Source: an uncultured Alphaproteobacteria bacterium (lineage in GTDB: Bacteria > Pseudomonadota > Alphaproteobacteria > RF32 > CAG-239). From it: DNA of 64,000 nucleotides. A program made the translations under genes and the position numbers. The notes under the pieces were generated by a model, which saw only the letters and a program-made list of their open reading frames with translations, did not search any database and was not told where the DNA came from. How positions within the stretch are numbered: the first letter of the stretch is position 1; each line of letters opens with the position of its first letter. Below, in pieces: positions 47,244-56,236 of this stretch. The DNA is taken from positions 75,066 through 139,065 of the forward strand of contig CALXTO010000001.1 of assembly GCA_944391425.1 (NCBI GenBank). Direction: 5' to 3'.

Positions 47244-47861
47244 ATGTCTTTTTTTATGCATTTTTCTTTTCAACAGTTTGTCAGCGCTTTTTTTGTACTG
47301 TTTGCCATTATTGACATTCCGGGTTCTATTCCGATTATTTTGTCTTTAAGAAAAAGAGGCAAAAAAATATATCCCCTGAAAGCGGCTCTCCTTTCTCTGA
47401 TTATCTTTGTTATTTTCTTTTATGTCGGAGATGCCTTTTTGACCCTTTTCGGCGTTGATATTTCGTCCTTTGCCGTAGCAGGTTCTCTCATTATTTTCGT
47501 TATGGCTCTGGAGATGATTCTGGATATCAAAATTTTCAAAGATACGGAAGACGCGCCTAAAGATTCAACCTTTTTTCCCGTTGTCTTTCCCTTGATTGCC
47601 GGCGCGGGCGCCCTGACAACCCTGCTTTCTATCCGTGCTCAATTTGCCAGCATTAATATTTTACTGGCCGTTTTGTGCAATATTTTCATTATTTATTTTG
47701 TTCTGCGCCTGACTAAAAAAATCGAACACATTCTCGGTGCAGGCTCTATCTATATGCTGCAAAAGTTTTTCGGCATTATTTTGCTGGCTATCTCAGTAAA
47801 GCTGTTTACTACCAACCTGACCCGTATAATTGAAGAATTTATTCTCAGCGGCAGGTTATAA
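47244..47861 (+). CDS. MarC family (UPF0056) membrane protein
   Basis: 205 aa with six TM helices. The N-terminal block FVSAFFVLFAIIDIPGSIPIIL is typical of MarC. Confidence 0.85.
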   Translation: MSFFMHFSFQQFVSAFFVLFAIIDIPGSIPIILSLRKRGKKIYPLKAALLSLIIFVIFFYVGDAFLTLFGVDISSFAVAGSLIIFVMALEMILDIKIFKDTEDAPKDSTFFPVVFPLIAGAGALTTLLSIRAQFASINILLAVLCNIFIIYFVLRLTKKIEHILGAGSIYMLQKFFGIILLAISVKLFTTNLTRIIEEFILSGRL

Positions 47862-48551
47862 AACCATATGCTTGGCAAAACTGTAATAATCGCTGCGGCT
47901 GATGATAATATGGTCAACCAGTTTCATACCGACGGCACGACAGGCATTGCTGATAATTTGTGTCATGGAAATATCCGCCGATGAAGGTTTGACCTCACCC
48001 GACGGATGGTTATGCAGCATGATGATGGAACTTGCCTGATTGGACATTGCCGCTTTGATAACCTCTCGCGGATGAATTGCCACAGTGTTAATCGTTCCTC
48101 TCTGCATGATTTCCTTGCCCAGAATGTGCAGTTTGGTGTCCAGATAAATCAGATGAAACTCCTCGACATCCGAAAACCCGATAACCGTGCGGCAATAATC
48201 AATCAGGGACGCCGTATTGGTAATAACCGGCACTTCGCTTTCCGACAACCGCTGCCAAGATACTCTTTGCGTCGCGACCTGGATTACCTTGAGCATAGTC
48301 AAAGTCGTTTCCTTGATGCCGTCAATGGCCAGCAGCTCTTCTTTGGGCGCATTAATAACGCCGGCAAAACTGTTAAACTTATTAATCAGAATTTTGGCAA
48401 GAGGTTTGACGTCTTTTCGCGGCAGAGCCATCGTCAGCACCAATTCCAAAAGTTCATAATCGGCCATATCGTTACCGCCGCCCAACAAAAATCTGTTTCT
48501 CAGGCGTTTGCGATGACCAATGTAATCCGGTTCTTGTTTCTGTTCAGTCAT
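47856..48551 (-). CDS. radC: RadC family JAB-domain protein
   Basis: 231 aa with an HhH N-terminus and the JAMM motif HNHPSGEVKPSSAD. Confidence 0.9.
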   Translation of the reverse strand: MTEQKQEPDYIGHRKRLRNRFLLGGGNDMADYELLELVLTMALPRKDVKPLAKILINKFNSFAGVINAPKEELLAIDGIKETTLTMLKVIQVATQRVSWQRLSESEVPVITNTASLIDYCRTVIGFSDVEEFHLIYLDTKLHILGKEIMQRGTINTVAIHPREVIKAAMSNQASSIIMLHNHPSGEVKPSSADISMTQIISNACRAVGMKLVDHIIISRSDYYSFAKHMVL

Positions 48552-48566
48552 GTAGTCCCTTGTAAT

Positions 48567-49373
48567 TTAAAAATTATACGGAGGTTTATCCAGTCCTTTC
48601 GGAGAATATGTAAATACTTCGTATCCGTCTTTGGTTACGGCGAGAGAATGTTCAAACTGCGCCGAAAGAGATTTGTCTCTGGTGACGGATGTCCACCCGT
48701 CCTGAAGAATAATTCCGTCCGGACGCCCGATGTTGATCATCGGCTCAATTGTAAAAAACATGCCTTCTTCCAACAGGGCTCCCGTCCCTTTGCGGCCGCA
48801 GTGCATCACATTTGGTTCGTCGTGAAAAACCTGGCCCAGCCCGTGTCCGCAGAACATATCCACTACGGAATAACCATATTTGTGGGCATACTCTTCAATG
48901 ACGGCGCCGATATCGCCCAAGCGCGCCCCGGGTCTGACGACGTCTATACCGCGCATCATGCATTCGTATGTTACGTCGCACAGGCGTTTGGCTTTGATTT
49001 TAGGCTTACCGGCATAATACATCCGGCTGGTATCGCCGTACCAACCGTCCAAAATAACCGTTACGTCGATGTTCAGAATATCGCCGTCAGCCAGTTTGCG
49101 CTCATAGCTCGGAATGCCGTGACAGATGACATGATTAATGGAAATGCACAAAGTTTTGGGATAGCCGCGGTAGCCCAGGCAGGCAGGCACGGCTCCGTGC
49201 TGAAGAATGAATTCCCGGCACAGATCGTCCAACTCTCCGGTAGAAACGCCGACTTGAACGAACGGCGTCAAATAATCCAGGCACTCGGCTGCAAGGCGCC
49301 CGGCTTTGCGCATCTTTTCAAAATCTTCTTTATTGTCATGAATGACAATCCCGTCTTTTCTCTTAAAACTCAC
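48567..49373 (-). CDS. map: type I methionyl aminopeptidase
   Basis: 268 aa with metal-ligand blocks (NIDVTV, GHGLG, FTIEP, QFEHS). Confidence 0.95.
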   Translation of the reverse strand: MSFKRKDGIVIHDNKEDFEKMRKAGRLAAECLDYLTPFVQVGVSTGELDDLCREFILQHGAVPACLGYRGYPKTLCISINHVICHGIPSYERKLADGDILNIDVTVILDGWYGDTSRMYYAGKPKIKAKRLCDVTYECMMRGIDVVRPGARLGDIGAVIEEYAHKYGYSVVDMFCGHGLGQVFHDEPNVMHCGRKGTGALLEEGMFFTIEPMINIGRPDGIILQDGWTSVTRDKSLSAQFEHSLAVTKDGYEVFTYSPKGLDKPPYNF

Positions 49374-49388
49374 GGCTGACCTCTTAAC

Positions 49389-50084
49389 TTAATATAAAAT
49401 ATGCATTTTTTTTGATATAGTTACACTCTTTTTATCTATATTGCAACCATAACAAACAAAATTTAAACCATTTTTTGCTTCTTCAAAAATACCGGCGGCT
49501 GCGGCCGGATCAAATTTCCAGCTAAATTTGGCTTCCAGGCAGTCCATGCGCGGCACCAAGATAAAAACCGCCGTTTTCATTCCCCGGCCGCGCAGCTTTT
49601 TCATCTCTTCAAACATGGCAAATTCAAAAAAGTTCCGTTTGGACGGAAAAACAGCCGAGGTTCCTTCTTTGGTATATACGGTGTCAATAAACACCATACA
49701 TTTACTGCCGTCCGGCGCGGTAAGTTCAAAATCGACGTTATTCAACCCTTCCCCGCTTTCAATCCGGCGGCAGGAAGCATAGGTCGCAAAGTCTTCGAGC
49801 ACTTTTTTTTGAAAAGCTTCCCGGAACAAATGGCGGCGATAAGATGGATTGGCCAAAATCAGGGCTTCGGGAAGCTTTATAAATTCAAGTTCGTATTTTA
49901 TACGGCTTTGCGGCTGCCGTATTTTTTTCAGAAACAAGGAGATTCCAGGCACGCATAGGGCAGAAACCTCTGCCGATGCGCAAAAAACGGCGACAACGCT
50001 GCCATCTTCCAGCCTGGCATCCAAAATGAGCCCGTTTTGTCTTTTGACAACAACGGCTTTTTGCAATTGTGCCGTTAATTCCAT
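49389..50084 (-). CDS. sfsA: SfsA-like nuclease (divergent)
   Basis: 231 aa with an OB-like N-terminus and a PD-(D/E)xK-like C-terminal half (VFIDTVYT...AVFPS). It is placed next to map. Similarity was judged by eye only. Confidence 0.5.
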   Translation of the reverse strand: MELTAQLQKAVVVKRQNGLILDARLEDGSVVAVFCASAEVSALCVPGISLFLKKIRQPQSRIKYELEFIKLPEALILANPSYRRHLFREAFQKKVLEDFATYASCRRIESGEGLNNVDFELTAPDGSKCMVFIDTVYTKEGTSAVFPSKRNFFEFAMFEEMKKLRGRGMKTAVFILVPRMDCLEAKFSWKFDPAAAAGIFEEAKNGLNFVCYGCNIDKKSVTISKKMHILY

Positions 50085-50157
50085 TTCCGTCCTGATTTAA
50101 ATTAATGAGTTAATGATTAAGTATGATATGATTTTTGTAATTTGGCAAGGAGCTGTT

Positions 50158-50643
50158 ATGAAAAATTTTGCAAAAGCGCTGTATGTCACCGTTTGTATTG
50201 CAGCCGTCTGGCTGATCAACGCAAAACTTGTACATTTAGGCATTGACAATTGGTATGCAGGTTTTGAAAAACCGGCCGTTACGCCTCCCGATATTGTCTT
50301 TCCCATCGTCTGGAGTATTTTGTATCTGATGCTCGGCGCCGCTTTTTATCTGGCTTTAAAAAACGGCAGTCGGGAACAGGCATCCAGAGCTAACCATATT
50401 TTTTTGGTGCAGTTGTTTCTGCAAGCGATCTGGGCTTTCCTGTTTTTTTACAAGGGCCAAGTCGGCGCGGCTCTTGCCTGCATTATCCTGCTGGATTTTG
50501 CCGTTTATAAAATGTTGCTGGCATTCAAAAGCACCGGCCGGATTTCCGCATATCTTGCCGCACCTTATTTCTTATGGCTCGTTTATGCAACCCTCCTTAA
50601 CCTTAATTTCGTTTACGCAGCCGGGCTGATTGTCAATTTTTAG
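50158..50643 (+). CDS. tspO: TspO/MBR family tryptophan-rich sensory protein
   Basis: WYAGFEKPAVTPPDIVFPIVWSILYLMLG and five TM helices. The start is at MKNFAK; the track start at 50113 is an extension. Confidence 0.85.
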   Translation: MKNFAKALYVTVCIAAVWLINAKLVHLGIDNWYAGFEKPAVTPPDIVFPIVWSILYLMLGAAFYLALKNGSREQASRANHIFLVQLFLQAIWAFLFFYKGQVGAALACIILLDFAVYKMLLAFKSTGRISAYLAAPYFLWLVYATLLNLNFVYAAGLIVNF

Positions 50644-50721
50644 GCAAAAAAATACTAGACAGTAACATAAGTTTGCAGTATTAATGCAGGGTTAACGAAT
50701 TTTTTATCTTGGGAAGCAAAA

Positions 50722-53346
50722 ATGACTGTTACTGTTAAACAAATCAGAAACACTTATCTAGATTATTTTGCCAAACACGGGCATAAGATCATTCCATCGT
50801 CCTCTCTGGTTCCGGACAACGACCCTACCTTGATGTTCACCAACGCAGGAATGGTGCAATTCAAAAACATTTTCACCGGCAATGAAACCAGGGATTATAC
50901 CCGTGCGGCAACTTCCCAAAAATGCGTCCGTGCCGGTGGAAAACATAATGATCTTGATAATGTCGGCTATACGGTGCGTCACCATACTTTCTTTGAAATG
51001 CTCGGCAATTTTTCGTTCGGCGATTATTTTAAAGACGATGCCATCGCTTTTGCCTGGGAAGTCGTTACCAAAGAATTCGGGCTGCCCAAAGACAGGCTGG
51101 CCGTTACGATTTTTCATGACGACGACGAAGCTTACGCTATCTGGAAAAAAGTCGCCGGCCTGCCTGACGACCGTATTATCCGTATTGCAACCAAAGATAA
51201 CTTCTGGCAAATGGGCGACACCGGTCCCTGCGGTCCCTGTTCGGAAATTTTTTACGATCACGGCCCTGAAGTCTGGGGCGGCCTGCCAGGAACACCGGAA
51301 GAAGACGGCGACCGCTGGATTGAAATCTGGAATCTGGTTTTCGACCAGTTTGAAGATTTGCCCGACGGTAGCCGAATTCCGCTGAAACGTCCGTCGATTG
51401 ATACCGGCATGGGACTGGAGAGAATTTCCGCCATTTTACAGGGCGTTCACTCTAACTATGAAATTGATATTTTTCAGAACCTGATTAAAGCGATTGCCGA
51501 TATTGCCAACTCAGATCCGAATGGGCCGTTAAAGGCTTCTCATAATGTCATTGCCGACCATTTGCGTTCGACAGCTTTTCTGATTGCCGACGGTGTGCTG
51601 CCGTCCAATGAAGGACGCGGCTACGTCCTGCGCCGGATTATGCGCCGGGCCATGCGCCATGCGCACTTGCTGGGCGTCAAAGAACCGATGATGTATAAGC
51701 TTTTGCCTGCTCTGCAGAAGGAAATGGGTGATACTTATCCCGAATTATACCAGGCGGAAACATTGATTAAAGAAACCATTCGGACAGAAGAAGAACGCTT
51801 TATCAAAACCATGGAAAAAGGGTTGCGCCTGTTGGACGATGAAGCCGCCGGCCTTCAAAAAGGCGACACTTTTCCCGGCGAGACGGCCTTCAAGCTCTAT
51901 GACACTTACGGTTTTCCGCTGGATTTGACCCAAGATGCGCTTAAGCTTAAGGGAATTAAAGTCGACACCGACGGCTTTGACAAAGCCATGGCGCGCCAAA
52001 AAGCCGAAGCCCGCAAAAGCTGGGCAGGTTCAGGTGATGCCGGGACCGAGAAAATATGGTTTGAACTGCAAGACAAACTCGGAGCCGGCGAGTTTTTGGG
52101 GTATCATACTCTCAAAACAGACTGCCGGATTACGGCTTTGGTGCAAAACGGCCAAGAAGTCCCTGAAGTGAGCGCCGGCGAATTTTTCCTGCTGGCCAAT
52201 CAGACGCCTTTTTACGGCGAAATGGGCGGGCAAGTCGGTGATAAAGGCATAATCTGCGGCGCCGATTTTGAAATCGAAGTTACGGATACCAAGAAAAAAC
52301 TTGACGGTTTGTATGTACATGTCTGCAAAATGGTTAAAGGCTGCGTTAAAAACGGTGATTTTGCCAACTTCCGCGTTAACGAAGAAAACCGCCGCGCCAT
52401 TGAGGCTAATCATACGGTCACACACTTGCTCCACCGAGCCTTGCAAAATAAGTACGGTAAAACCGTTACTCAAAAAGGTTCCATGGTGGCGGCAGACAGG
52501 ATGCGCTTTGATATTGCCTACCCCAAGCAAATTCATGAAGATGAACTGAGGGAGTTGGAAGATGCCGTCAATAAAATGATTCGCGCCAATTATCCCGTCA
52601 CTGCCAATATTATGTCGCAAGATGAAGCAATCAAGGCCGGAGCCATGGCTCTGTTCGGCGAAAAATACGGAGATGAAGTCCGCGTTATATGCGTCGGCGA
52701 CGGCGTATCTATGGAACTTTGCGGCGGAACACACGTCCGGCGCACGGGGGATATCGGCTACTTCAATATTGTCAGCGAAGGCGCCATTGCCGCTGGTGTC
52801 CGTCGTCTGGAGTGCGTTACCGGACACGGCGCTGAAAATTTTGTTCAGGGAATCGAAGATAAACTTCATCGCGTTGGAAATAGTTTAAAAGCCAGTTTCA
52901 ATGATATAGAAGCACGAGTTAATCAATTACTTGAAGAAAAGAAAAAGCTTGAAGCACAAGTTTTTGAACTGAAAAAGAAGCTGGTCAGCAACAAAGCCGC
53001 CGATAATCCGGATAATTTTGAAAGTGTTAACGGTATCCGTTTTGTTGCTAAAATTTTGGAAAATATCCAAACAAAAGAACTAAAAGCTTTTATTGACGAG
53101 ATTAAAGCTCAATATCCGCAAAATCTGGTTGCGGCACTACTCACCAACAACGATGGCAAAGCATCCGTCGTTATCGGGGTCAGCGACGATTTGAAAGAAA
53201 AATATCCGGCGGTTGAGCTGGTTAAACACGTTGCGCCTTTTGTCGGTGCCCAAGGCGGCGGCGGACGGCCGGATATGGCGCAGACCGGCGGACCAGATGT
53301 CGGCCGGTTAGAAGAAGCCATTGAGGCTTTGCGGCAAGCATTGTAA
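50722..53346 (+). CDS. alaS: alanine--tRNA ligase
   Basis: 874 aa with class II motifs, the HxxxH / CxxxH editing motifs (HTVTHLL, CGGTHV) and a C-terminal DHHA1-like GGGGRPDMAQ. Confidence 0.98.
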   Translation: MTVTVKQIRNTYLDYFAKHGHKIIPSSSLVPDNDPTLMFTNAGMVQFKNIFTGNETRDYTRAATSQKCVRAGGKHNDLDNVGYTVRHHTFFEMLGNFSFGDYFKDDAIAFAWEVVTKEFGLPKDRLAVTIFHDDDEAYAIWKKVAGLPDDRIIRIATKDNFWQMGDTGPCGPCSEIFYDHGPEVWGGLPGTPEEDGDRWIEIWNLVFDQFEDLPDGSRIPLKRPSIDTGMGLERISAILQGVHSNYEIDIFQNLIKAIADIANSDPNGPLKASHNVIADHLRSTAFLIADGVLPSNEGRGYVLRRIMRRAMRHAHLLGVKEPMMYKLLPALQKEMGDTYPELYQAETLIKETIRTEEERFIKTMEKGLRLLDDEAAGLQKGDTFPGETAFKLYDTYGFPLDLTQDALKLKGIKVDTDGFDKAMARQKAEARKSWAGSGDAGTEKIWFELQDKLGAGEFLGYHTLKTDCRITALVQNGQEVPEVSAGEFFLLANQTPFYGEMGGQVGDKGIICGADFEIEVTDTKKKLDGLYVHVCKMVKGCVKNGDFANFRVNEENRRAIEANHTVTHLLHRALQNKYGKTVTQKGSMVAADRMRFDIAYPKQIHEDELRELEDAVNKMIRANYPVTANIMSQDEAIKAGAMALFGEKYGDEVRVICVGDGVSMELCGGTHVRRTGDIGYFNIVSEGAIAAGVRRLECVTGHGAENFVQGIEDKLHRVGNSLKASFNDIEARVNQLLEEKKKLEAQVFELKKKLVSNKAADNPDNFESVNGIRFVAKILENIQTKELKAFIDEIKAQYPQNLVAALLTNNDGKASVVIGVSDDLKEKYPAVELVKHVAPFVGAQGGGGRPDMAQTGGPDVGRLEEAIEALRQAL

Positions 53347-53347
53347 C

Positions 53348-53381
53348 AAAATCCCCTCCGGTTTGAGGAGGGGATTTTTTT
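53348..53381 (+). terminator. intrinsic terminator of alaS
   Basis: AAATCCCCTCC-ggtttga-GGAGGGGATTT plus TTTT. Confidence 0.85.
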
Positions 53382-53619
53382 GAAAAAAATATTGACAAAT
53401 TTCCATAAAGGTGTTTTTATCATCTTACTTTCTTATTTTTGTTATATCATTTTGTTGATTTATCCCGTATTAAATACCGGATTAAATATAAGTTTTTCAT
53501 CCACAAGATTCATTCATACCATGATCAGGGGCAGCTTGTACGTTATACTTCTTTTGCCATCTTGTTAAGCAAGTTTCCATACCAGCTCCTGTTTTTTAGA
53601 TGAAAAACTAAATTATATT

Positions 53620-53695
53620 GTCCTGAAGTTTTGCCGTGAATCTCGTTACCTTAGGAAAGTACGGGCTCACGTGAGGCAAACTTCAGGACTTTTTA
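53620..53695 (+). ncRNA. candidate small RNA / hairpin module 1
   Basis: Long hairpin GTCCTGAAGTTTTGCC ... GGCAAACTTCAGGAC with extra inner pairing (GTGA/TCAC), followed by TTTTT. Confidence 0.3.
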
Positions 53696-53697
53696 TG

Positions 53698-53783
53698 AAG
53701 CTCTGATCCCCCTCGTTATTTCGTGTACATGTGAATTATCGAAGAGTTGTGCTGTGGTACATGTGCGGGGATCGAGCTTTTTT
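53698..53783 (+). ncRNA. candidate small RNA / hairpin module 2
   Basis: Outer stem AAGCTCTGATCCCC ... GGGGATCGAGCTT followed by TTTTTT. The interior contains a duplicated GTACATGTG and a C-rich CCCCCTCG stretch. Confidence 0.3.
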
Positions 53784-53802
53784 ATTAGGTAAGTTATCAT
53801 TG

Positions 53803-53837
53803 AAAGCCCCTGCTGTGAAGCATGGGCTTTTTTTGCT
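53803..53837 (+). terminator. intrinsic terminator-like hairpin module 3
   Basis: AAAGCCC-ctgctgtgaagcat-GGGCTTT plus TTTTT. Confidence 0.5.
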
Positions 53838-53957
53838 TTTAAATATTTTTTTGTATATTTTGTCATTTTTAGCTTGCCGAATCGTTCATTATGTGTTTTA
53901 ATGCATGGTATCAAAAAGTACAATTAATTTTATTATTAACATTTAAAGCTTTTTGTT

Positions 53958-54302
53958 ATGAACACTAACAATAATAACAGAGTTCAAGCCTATATCATCG
54001 GCAAATTCCAAAAATTCGCTTGTCCCCGCGGCATCAAAATGGTTGATACTCCCTGTATCTGTACGGTTTCTATTTTCGGTAACCGGAAAAAGAAACAACA
54101 TATGGCGGCTCCGGCAACCGATGCCAAAGGAAATAACGGTTTCGTTATTAACCTCGGCGGCAAAAAGCTGAAATTCCTACCGGCTTCCAAAGCTAACGCT
54201 GTCCCACTGAAGAACGACCACATTGTCGAATGCGGACACATTAAAGGGCAGAAGCCGAAATTGGTGAAAAACAGGAGCGGCATTTCCTTCGCCACGGCGT
54301 AA
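53958..54302 (+). CDS. hypothetical protein (114 aa)
   Basis: It is the only sizeable plus-strand ORF between a candidate promoter (TTGCCG-17-TTTAAT, 53874-53902) and the strong terminator at 54350-54396. It has no clear RBS and no known motif. Confidence 0.4.
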   Translation: MNTNNNNRVQAYIIGKFQKFACPRGIKMVDTPCICTVSIFGNRKKKQHMAAPATDAKGNNGFVINLGGKKLKFLPASKANAVPLKNDHIVECGHIKGQKPKLVKNRSGISFATA

Positions 54303-54349
54303 AAAATGCAAAAAAACTTTTCATAATCAGTTCAATACCCTTCGGGGGG

Positions 54350-54396
54350 AAAACAGGGTCTTGTCGCGACGACAATGCCCTGTTTTCTTTTTTTTT
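54350..54396 (+). terminator. intrinsic terminator
   Basis: AAAACAGGGTCTTGTCG-cga-CGACAATGCCCTGTTTT followed by a long T-run. Confidence 0.85.
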
Positions 54397-54499
54397 GCAA
54401 TCGGCGTATTAGTTTTTCTGTGGAAAAGTTTTTCCTGTCTGTTGTCTGTCTTGGTAATGATTAATATATTGTCGATATAGGTAATCAAAGAGGACAACC

Positions 54500-56137
54500 A
54501 TGGATAAAGTAAGCCTGACCGTAAGTATGAGGAGCAATTTGCTGAGCCTGCAGAATATCAGCAGACAGGTTGATATTACCCAGAACAGATTATCCACCGG
54601 CAAAAAGGTCAATTCGGCAATTGACAATCCGTCCTCTTATTACACGGCGCGCAGTTTAAGCAACCGCGCTAATGATTTGGATGCTCTGCTTGACTCTATG
54701 GGACAGGCTGTTTCTACCATTAAGGCGGCGACCACATCTCTGGAAACGGCAGCGGATTTTCTGGAACAGGCCGCGGCGGTAGCGACGCAGGCGCTGGAAA
54801 GCGCTGAAAGAATTTATATTCGGCAACCAAGCGGCATCAGCGATGACGCGGACATCCGTGATACCAGCCTTTTTGACGGTCGCGCCAACACACAGGCGAT
54901 GTTGGATCAGATTGGTGCCGATGCTCTGGCAGCGACAGCGTGCAATCAGTTCTATGCGCCGGGCGTAGATAAAGATGATGCCAATTTCGGTCAGGGACAA
55001 TGGTATCTTCCCGCTGTTGGTGAGTTAATGGAAATGTATGGCGTTGATGTTTCAAATATGACTGGAGGCTATGGGCAAAATGGAGCAAATGGTAATACTA
55101 GAACATCCATTAATAATGCTCTTGCAGCTTTAAAAGATGCTGGTGTTGATTGCGCAACTTTAACAGATGGATATTATTGGTCTTCTTCTGAGTTTGACAG
55201 CAGTTACTCTTGGCAAGTCGGTATGCTTAGTGGAGACCGAAATACTCACAATAAAGATTTTGCCTATTTTGTTAGGTGTTTCTCATATTTAGAAAATAAA
55301 TTCAACCCGACGGACGCAGATTTCACGCCCAAAATCGGCGATGTGATGTACTCGGATTTAACCTACGGTTCGGCCGATGATTATGACGGCAGCAAAACTG
55401 CCGTTGGCATTGTTACTTGGATTTCGGAAGACGGTAAATCCGCTAAAATCGTCAACCTTAAAGATTTGCAATTTAGTTCTAATAATACAGTCGGCAATTT
55501 TAATCCCGACGATCCTTATACCGGTACTTCCGCTACAACTTTTCACACTACCAGTGCTAAATCCCATGAGGACGTCACCGGTATAGACAATTATAATTCC
55601 AGCCAGTTTCTGGTCGCCATTCAGGAAGCTATAGCGAAAAGTTCTTTGCCCTTGGCAGAAGAAGAACAACAGTATCAGAATATTTTGTCTCAGTATGATT
55701 CCCTAATCAAAGACAGCGGTTATAAAGGCGTGAATTTGCTGCAAGAACAGGATTTGAAAGTAACGTTTAACGAAAGCCACAGCGCCTGGTTGGATGTTAA
55801 AGGCAAAGATGCGTCTTCCGCCGCTCTGGGAATTAAAACTGTCGAATGGCAGACACAGGAAGACGTGGTTGCCGCCGTGAAAGAACTGACCGATGCCTTA
55901 AATAAAATCCGCAGTATGTCGGCGGAACTGGGCAGCTATTACAACATCGTGCTGAACCGTCAGGACTTTACCGAAAATTTAATTAACGTTCTGGAAGAAG
56001 GTGCAGATAAGTTAACCTTGGCGGACATGAACGAAGAAAGCGCCAACATGCTTGCTCTGCAAACCAGACAACAACTGGCAACCAATTCCCTCTCGCTCGC
56101 CTCCCAGGCCGCCCAGTCTATTTTGAGATTGTTCTAG
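54500..56137 (+). CDS. flagellin-family protein with DUF1566/Lcl-C-like domain inserted in the variable region
   Basis: Flagellin N-domain (LLSLQNISRQVDITQNRLSTGKKVNSAIDNPSSYYTARSL) and C-domain (...LALQTRQQLATNSLSLASQAAQSILRLF). The central roughly 280 aa carry the motifs QWYLPAVGELMEMY, GYYWSSSEF, SWQV and FAYFVRCF. RBS is AAGAGGA. Confidence 0.85.
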   Translation: MDKVSLTVSMRSNLLSLQNISRQVDITQNRLSTGKKVNSAIDNPSSYYTARSLSNRANDLDALLDSMGQAVSTIKAATTSLETAADFLEQAAAVATQALESAERIYIRQPSGISDDADIRDTSLFDGRANTQAMLDQIGADALAATACNQFYAPGVDKDDANFGQGQWYLPAVGELMEMYGVDVSNMTGGYGQNGANGNTRTSINNALAALKDAGVDCATLTDGYYWSSSEFDSSYSWQVGMLSGDRNTHNKDFAYFVRCFSYLENKFNPTDADFTPKIGDVMYSDLTYGSADDYDGSKTAVGIVTWISEDGKSAKIVNLKDLQFSSNNTVGNFNPDDPYTGTSATTFHTTSAKSHEDVTGIDNYNSSQFLVAIQEAIAKSSLPLAEEEQQYQNILSQYDSLIKDSGYKGVNLLQEQDLKVTFNESHSAWLDVKGKDASSAALGIKTVEWQTQEDVVAAVKELTDALNKIRSMSAELGSYYNIVLNRQDFTENLINVLEEGADKLTLADMNEESANMLALQTRQQLATNSLSLASQAAQSILRLF

Positions 56138-56236
56138 CAGAACGATTTTGAGTGCTGCCAGTGTCGCCTCCGGACGCTTGCCCGGCCTCACCCGCTTGGG
56201 TACGCCTCCGCACCGCTTCGGTGCGGCTGCGGTGTT

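Noticed and set aside
48006-49379. 457-aa plus-strand ORF
   Set aside because: It runs antisense across two well-supported genes, radC (JAMM motif) and map (complete metal-ligand set). Its translation is Arg/Phe/Ile-rich low-complexity sequence with no motif.
52030-52869. 279-aa minus-strand ORF inside alaS
   Set aside because: alaS is unambiguous on the plus strand, so this is an antisense shadow ORF.
53693-53923. 76-aa minus-strand ORF (and the 62-aa ORF at 53380-53568)
   Set aside because: It has no RBS. It runs through two plus-strand hairpin/U-run structures. The other ORF starts with TTG inside the alaS terminator. Both are AT-rich junk-like translations. I kept them only as alternatives under the sRNA finding.
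54471-54478. Sigma-28 promoter for the flagellin gene
   Set aside because: GTCGATAT resembles the FliA -10 consensus GCCGATAA, but the -35 region does not match TAAA(GTTT). The call is too weak to list as a feature.
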